DNA of 64,000 nucleotides, taken from Pavona decussata (Eukaryota). The position numbers and the translations under genes were made by a program. Numbering within the stretch: position 1 is the stretch's first letter; the number at the start of each line of letters is the position of its first letter. Shown here in pieces: positions 60,901 through 64,000 of this stretch. The notes below the pieces were generated by a model. That model was not told the DNA's origin, ran no database searches, and saw only the letters and a list, made by a program, of their open reading frames with translations. Location of the stretch: NCBI GenBank assembly GCA_977016875.1, contig CDRNST010000049.1, positions 5,580,001-5,644,000 on the forward strand. The letters are read 5' to 3'.

Positions 60901-63183
60901 TAATGCGTCTACGGAGTCCCTGTGTAGAGCTATTATATTTTAACACAAATTCTGAACGAAGCTAGTTGGGTACTTATTGAGTTCGACGAAGGATACGCAT
61001 ACTAATCTGTTGGTGTGCTTGTGTTGTCATGTGCGCGTCCCCTACATATCAGCAGACCTTTTTTATTCAGCATCTTTTTTTTTTTTGCATCCTTTTCCGT
61101 CGCCATTTTGAATGACGTCATATTGTAGTTCCCCAAATATGCCTTTCAAACACACGATAGAAACTCCTCCCTCTGTTGCAAGATATTTGATGAAGCAGTT
61201 GATTTACGCAGAGATCAGTTTCTAATTTCTAACTTGCAACATGAAAATGTGTTGGATAACAGGTTACATGTGTTGGTAGTATTAATGTGCAGCTGATATC
61301 AGGCAGCAACGTAAATTATAACAACATATAACATGACACCTTTGCAAAAAATAAATGTTAGGTTGTTTTCATGTTGCAAGCCGCAACAACACAAGAATTA
61401 ATCTCGATAAAGGCTCGATAATATGGCAGCTGCCTTCTAAACTAAACTTCCTGTTCCATAAGTGGAAAGCAACAGAGAAACAATTTTAAAAACGCGTTAC
61501 TTCGATTGTTGAAAACTAATTGCATCGAAAGGGTTAAAATAGATCTTGCGCTGTAGTTTTTGCCCCTGCTTTGTCTGTCTACACTTCTTTGACCATCGTA
61601 TGATTAGTTTGAAAATGGAAGCCACTGCAAAATTTGCGATACATTAGATAGAGTTGCCCTGCAGTTGTTCTATATTTCAAATTTTATTGGCACAAAACTA
61701 CTTTTCCAAAAGTCTCGAGTCACTCATCTGCAGTGAATGTCAGTGGTAAGCGCATTCCAGTATTTTGAAGAGGTAGGTACCGACATACCTCTGTGTATGA
61801 CAGATCATGGTCATCTGGTTGAAATATAGAAGCCTTTTAGTTGTTTGAACAGCACAGTTTGTGATTATTTTGGCACAAGTGGGAGTAATTCTTGAACCAC
61901 CCCCCTCCCAGCCCCCATTGAGTAACCTTGTTACAACTTCAATACAAGGTTTGAAGCTTTGCGTCTCAACTCATAAATTTAAACACAGTTTCTTGACTTA
62001 AAATCGACACATGTAAAAGTACATTGAAAAGTGTAATTTTGTTCATAAATACGATTTAACCAATAAACAAATGAATGCTGTCAAAAATAAAAATAAAATT
62101 TTACTTAAAACGAACGAATTCACCTTAAAATTTAAAACTATTAGATATATAAATATCAGTTGTTTGTAGATATCAAGATTGGATGCTGAAAGAGCAGTCT
62201 TGAATATGTTTTGCTTGTGTAGATGTGTGTCTTTACACCGTTGGAATCACCCACAAAACCCTGATTCCGGCCATAATTGGGGGTTTGGCCAATTTAGTTC
62301 CACTTTTCCAGTTGATGATTACATCCATATTAGCACTATAACATTGACAACATCCAGAAGATTGTATATCAGATAATCTTGGGAGAAACCTTTGTATCTC
62401 GGCCACATTAATGTCAGGCAATTTCTGAACTGTTAACTGATGTTGCCCTGGTCCTCATTTGAAAGAATGTCTCCATCTTGTTCGATATTATGGGCAATTC
62501 TCTGTGGAAATGTGTTAATAGGAGTTATTGTTGTTTACTATTTCTAAACATTAACTTTTGCAGATGATAGGGCTAGCAGTGACCAACAGTCTGAAGAACC
62601 TGTACAGGAGGCAGATGATAAGCCAGCAGAGAAAGATGGAGCAGAACCCCAGGCAGTCCAGCAGGGTGAAGAAAGTCAGGGAGAACCTGAACGTGTTCAG
62701 GAGAATGAGGAGAATGCTGAAGCGTCTGAAGGAGTTAAAGAGAGTGCAAGTGAGGAAAGCAAACCAGATGAAGGGCAGAAATCAGAAGAGGCTGGGGAAA
62801 GCGCAAACAATGAGAGCAAACCAGATGAAGGTGTGAAATCAGAAGCGGTTAATGAGAGTGGAAATGATGAAAGTAAACCTGAGGAGAATGTAAAGTCAGG
62901 AGAGGTAAAAGAGGGAGGAGATGAGGAAAGCAAACCTGCTGAAGGTGAGAAATCAGGAGAGGTCGGTGAGAATGCAAACGATGAGGCGGAGAAAGAATCT
63001 GAAGAGGTTAAAGAGAGTGCAGCTGATGAAAGCAAACAGGACGAAGGTCAGAAATCAGAAGAGGCCAATGAGAGTGCAAACGATGAAAACAAACCTGAGG
63101 AGGAAGGTGTAAAATCACAAGAGTCTGCCGAAGATCCTGCACAGCCTGAAGCTGGGAATGCTGATCAGGCTGAAACTAAATGA
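22910..63183 (+). CDS. NME8: NME8/TXNDC3-like thioredoxin + 3x NDP-kinase protein (outer-arm dynein intermediate chain type) with 2 C-terminal F5/8 type C domains and acidic tail; 23 exons, ~1143 aa
   Basis: Hand-spliced GT-AG exons join in one frame: 22910-22942, 27869-27926, 28173-28276, 29083-29154, 30962-31078, 31759-31846, 33114-33196, 34315-34442, 35232-35363, 36090-36164, 37097-37215, 39466-39610, 47244-47351, 48287-48438, 49016-49160, 50719-50826, 51646-51776, 53401-53475, 53733-54058, 54600-54741, 55197-55522, 57300-57444, 62564-63183. Total 3432 nt. Contains the Trx motif [14 protein letters not shown] motifs IIKPD/LIRPD/VIKPE and [24 protein letters not shown]. Co-orthology with NME9 cannot be excluded. 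Confidence 0.9.
23779..23823 (+). CDS. candidate alternative exon 1 ([15 protein letters not shown]), GC donor
   Basis: ccaatATGGCG start context. Ends LQ at CAG|gcaagg, phase 0, compatible with exon 2. Confidence 0.4.
25219..25779. mobile_element. TGT-terminated (Ginger-like) MITE
   Basis: TIR TGTGCAGTTCCAGAAAA.ATCCATA / TATGGATATTTTCTGGGACTGCACA. Confidence 0.7.
25293..25648. mobile_element. Harbinger-like MITE nested in the previous element, TTA TSD
   Basis: tta|GGCCCTGTTCAGACTAGGTGCCC...GGGCACCTAGTCTGAACGGGGCT|tta. Confidence 0.8.
25822..26173. mobile_element. Kolobok-like MITE, TTAA TSD
   Basis: ttaa|GGTGGCACCATAC...GTATGGAGTCACC|ttaa. Confidence 0.75.
26630..26995. mobile_element. 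MITE with ~44-bp TIRs (TAG termini)
   Basis: TAGAGACCTTTAGATTCTAGTACGAGTACGAGTACGACTACGAG and its exact reverse complement. Confidence 0.85.
27000..27378 (+). mobile_element. TTAA-flanked GGACGGTG MITE family, copy 1
   Basis: ttaa|GGACGGTG...GTACTGCC|ttaa; homologous to 28512-28903 and 37528-39234. Confidence 0.8.
27869..27926 (+). CDS. NME8: exon 2, thioredoxin N-part ([19 protein letters not shown])
   Basis: aag|GTT...ATAG|gtaag. Confidence 0.9.
28173..28276 (+). CDS. NME8: exon 3, thioredoxin active site WCGPC (28193-28207)
   Basis: [34 protein letters not shown]; cag| ... |gtgagt. Confidence 0.95.
28512..28903 (+). mobile_element. TTAA-flanked GGACGGTG MITE family, copy 2
   Basis: ttaa|GGACGGTGCC...CAATGTCC|ttga. 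Confidence 0.8.
29083..29154 (+). CDS. NME8: exon 4 ([24 protein letters not shown])
   Basis: Trx cis-Pro region QPTFLF; aag| ... |gtaagt. Confidence 0.9.
29543..29784. mobile_element. MULE-like MITE with 9-bp TSD
   Basis: TSD aactgataa on both sides; long imperfect TIRs (tgcgagccagcgaggcatgcaaggca). Confidence 0.8.
30962..31078 (+). CDS. NME8: exon 5 ([39 protein letters not shown])
   Basis: Trx C-terminal part; aag| ... |gtaagt. Confidence 0.9.
31759..31846 (+). CDS. NME8: exon 6, acidic linker
   Basis: [29 protein letters not shown]; cag| ... |gtaag. Confidence 0.85.
32578..32782. mobile_element. Tc1/mariner-like MITE, TA TSD
   Basis: ta|CAGTGC...GCACTG|ta with ~50-bp imperfect TIRs. 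Confidence 0.7.
33114..33196 (+). CDS. NME8: exon 7, NDK1 start (TVAIIKPDA)
   Basis: NDK motif IIKPD; tag| ... |gtatt. Confidence 0.92.
33713..33978 (+). mobile_element. tRNA-derived SINE with V-domain-like core and (ATTT)n tail
   Basis: tggcgcagtgg / ggtttgattcc boxes, ggtttttctccgggtactccggttttcctcc core, ATTT tail. Confidence 0.8.
34315..34442 (+). CDS. NME8: exon 8, NDK1
   Basis: [27 protein letters not shown]. Confidence 0.92.
34602..34785. mobile_element. short palindromic MITE
   Basis: aataggccatttccgagttg...caactcagaaatggcctatt; related termini at ~58704 and ~59723. Confidence 0.7.
35023..35156. other. assembly gap (N run) in intron 8
   Basis: Run of N characters. Confidence 1.
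35232..35363 (+). CDS. NME8: exon 9, NDK1
   Basis: SGPCMTLVL...[19 protein letters not shown]. Confidence 0.92.
36090..36164 (+). CDS. NME8: exon 10, NDK1 catalytic His region
   Basis: [26 protein letters not shown]. Confidence 0.92.
37097..37215 (+). CDS. NME8: exon 11, NDK1 end / NDK2 start
   Basis: ELAFFYPDF...[16 protein letters not shown]. Confidence 0.92.
37528..39234 (-). mobile_element. TTAA-flanked GGACGGTG MITE family, copy 3 (inverted, interrupted)
   Basis: ttaa|GGATGGTGCCTAC...GTAGGCTTCGTCC|ttaa. Confidence 0.8.
37601..38894. mobile_element. hAT-like non-autonomous element with 6-bp TSD
   Basis: gcaaag|CAGGGCAAAAAAC...GTTTTTTGCCCTG|gcaaag; subterminal ggacgag/ctcgtcc motifs. 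Confidence 0.8.
39466..39610 (+). CDS. NME8: exon 12, NDK2
   Basis: [34 protein letters not shown]... Confidence 0.92.
40222..45739. mobile_element. foldback-type element with ~2.05-kb inverted arms (40222-42273 / 43689-45739)
   Basis: acat|AACACATGTTCAG...CTGAACATGTGTT|acat. Mirror-image ORFs appear in the track. No transposase seen. Confidence 0.9.
42417..42717. mobile_element. small MITE in the foldback loop
   Basis: GGGTGCTTTCCA...TGGAAAGCGCCC termini; TSD not preserved. Confidence 0.55.
47244..47351 (+). CDS. NME8: exon 13, NDK2
   Basis: [26 protein letters not shown]...APD. Confidence 0.92.
48287..48438 (+). CDS. NME8: exon 14, NDK2 end / NDK3 start
   Basis: SLRHQF...[22 protein letters not shown]...VAVIKPE. 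Confidence 0.92.
49016..49160 (+). CDS. NME8: exon 15, NDK3
   Basis: [48 protein letters not shown]. Confidence 0.92.
50719..50826 (+). CDS. NME8: exon 16, NDK3
   Basis: [36 protein letters not shown]. Confidence 0.92.
51646..51776 (+). CDS. NME8: exon 17, NDK3 catalytic His region
   Basis: [33 protein letters not shown]; ends phase 1 (G|gtttg). Confidence 0.92.
53401..53475 (+). CDS. exon 18, acidic linker
   Basis: Polypyrimidine tract + aag|, [26 protein letters not shown]|gtatg (phase 1-1). Confidence 0.75.
53733..54058 (+). CDS. exon 19, F5/8 type C (discoidin) domain 1, N-part
   Basis: [18 protein letters not shown]...ARLN...GAW...NQWLQVDLG...IAVQG; cag| ... |gtaaac. Confidence 0.9.
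54080..54518. mobile_element. Harbinger-like MITE, TTA TSD
   Basis: tta|GGATCTGTCCACACTAA...TTAGTGTGGACAGGGCC|tta. Confidence 0.8.
54600..54741 (+). CDS. exon 20, F5/8 type C domain 1, C-part
   Basis: [44 protein letters not shown]. Confidence 0.9.
55197..55522 (+). CDS. exon 21, F5/8 type C domain 2, N-part
   Basis: Paralog of exon 19 with the same 326-nt length; QWLQVDLG...VCTQG. Confidence 0.9.
57300..57444 (+). CDS. exon 22, F5/8 type C domain 2, C-part
   Basis: [44 protein letters not shown]. Confidence 0.9.
59225..59525. repeat. ~165-bp direct tandem duplication (2 copies)
   Basis: tttgacgtcacacagg...gattttgattgggc...agacaatcagaacaata...aatttaat occurs twice. Confidence 0.75.
62564..63183 (+). 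CDS. exon 23, terminal acidic low-complexity repeat tail
   Basis: cttttgcag| phase 1, open to TGA at 63181-63183; E/D/S/K/G-rich. Confidence 0.8.
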
Positions 63184-63414
63184 AAATAGAAGAGTAGTAG
63201 ATGAACTCTGTTCCTCAACACTGCTCATGTGTAAAAGAGAAATGCCAACGTCTCATATTTCTGTGAACATTAGAAGAAATTCTCGTTATTTTATTGTTTT
63301 ATTAGAGACAAAATGTTCTGCATTGAAACAACCAATATTAGGCTTTCTAGTCCTAACATGTAGATATATTAACTTGAACACAAACTTAGTGAAGGGTGTT
63401 GTATATAAATTCTG

Positions 63415-63420
63415 AATAAA
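63415..63420 (+). terminator. candidate polyadenylation signal AATAAA
   Basis: AATAAA about 230 nt downstream of the stop codon. Confidence 0.5.
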
Positions 63421-63439
63421 GTTATTTAAATGCCCGAGT

Positions 63440-63760
63440 CTAAGTGTAACTGGATGTAGTTAATCCGACGCCGTCGTGAGTGGTAAAGGGCCATGTAAAT
63501 TGTTAGTAAAGGTGGTGGGGCCTCCAAACACCGTGTAGCAAGTGCATAAATTCCCAATTTCACTAATTATGTCATTTTTCATATTCACACCAGATCCATC
63601 AATTTTATTGCAAGGGGTCAATGCACAATTAAAGTCACCTGCTACAATCATTTTATAATCCGAGTGATATTTGAGAACATTTTTGTAGGTTCGGGAATAG
63701 TTGCTCGGAGTACAGTGCTTTGTCTACCGTTGTTATCAACACGAATTTACATGGCACGAT
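63440..63760 (-). mobile_element. degenerate non-LTR (L1/Tx1-like) AP-endonuclease fragment
   Basis: IVAGDFNCAL motif in minus-strand ORF 63460-63651; surrounding frames are broken. Confidence 0.55.
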
Positions 63761-64000
63761 AACGCACTGAAGGTCCAATGAAAATTGGACTGTTGGATGA
63801 ACTTGAACCTCTTATATTCAAAAGCGCTATTTTGACATAATTCTCTCAAAACCCGGGTAATTCAGTCTTGACTTCTTCCAGATAGGACTGGCTTAACTGA
63901 ACAACTGGTGACAAGATTCCCAAGTTTACCCCTATCTAGACTGGGCTTTTACTTTGGCTTTTCGGGTCGGGCGAATCCCCCTCCCCCCTCCCACCGTAAG

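Noticed and set aside
62558-63112. Alternative-frame and antisense ORFs over the last exon
   Set aside because: Shadows of the low-complexity acidic coding frame.

Overview
This is AT-rich animal genomic DNA, not prokaryotic. The repeat content looks cnidarian or coral-like (inference). The main feature is one 23-exon + strand gene (22910-63183, 3432-nt CDS, about 1143 aa) that I reassembled in frame by hand. It is an NME8/TXNDC3-type ciliary protein: thioredoxin (WCGPC) plus three NDP-kinase domains, then unexpectedly two F5/8 type C (discoidin) domains lacking their disulfide cysteines, then an acidic repeat tail. It has an RFX X-box upstream and a candidate alternative first exon with a GC donor. 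Upstream of the gene lie a ~310-bp satellite, a 24-bp minisatellite and two degenerate 5S rDNA units. The 5S spacers are interrupted by a MITE and by a 9.6-kb TTAA-flanked Sola3-like transposon, which may carry a second spliced gene. The introns hold many MITEs and SINEs, including a multi-level nest containing a 5.5-kb foldback element with ~2-kb inverted arms. There is an assembly gap at 35023-35156. No database searches were run, so family names come from motif recognition only.
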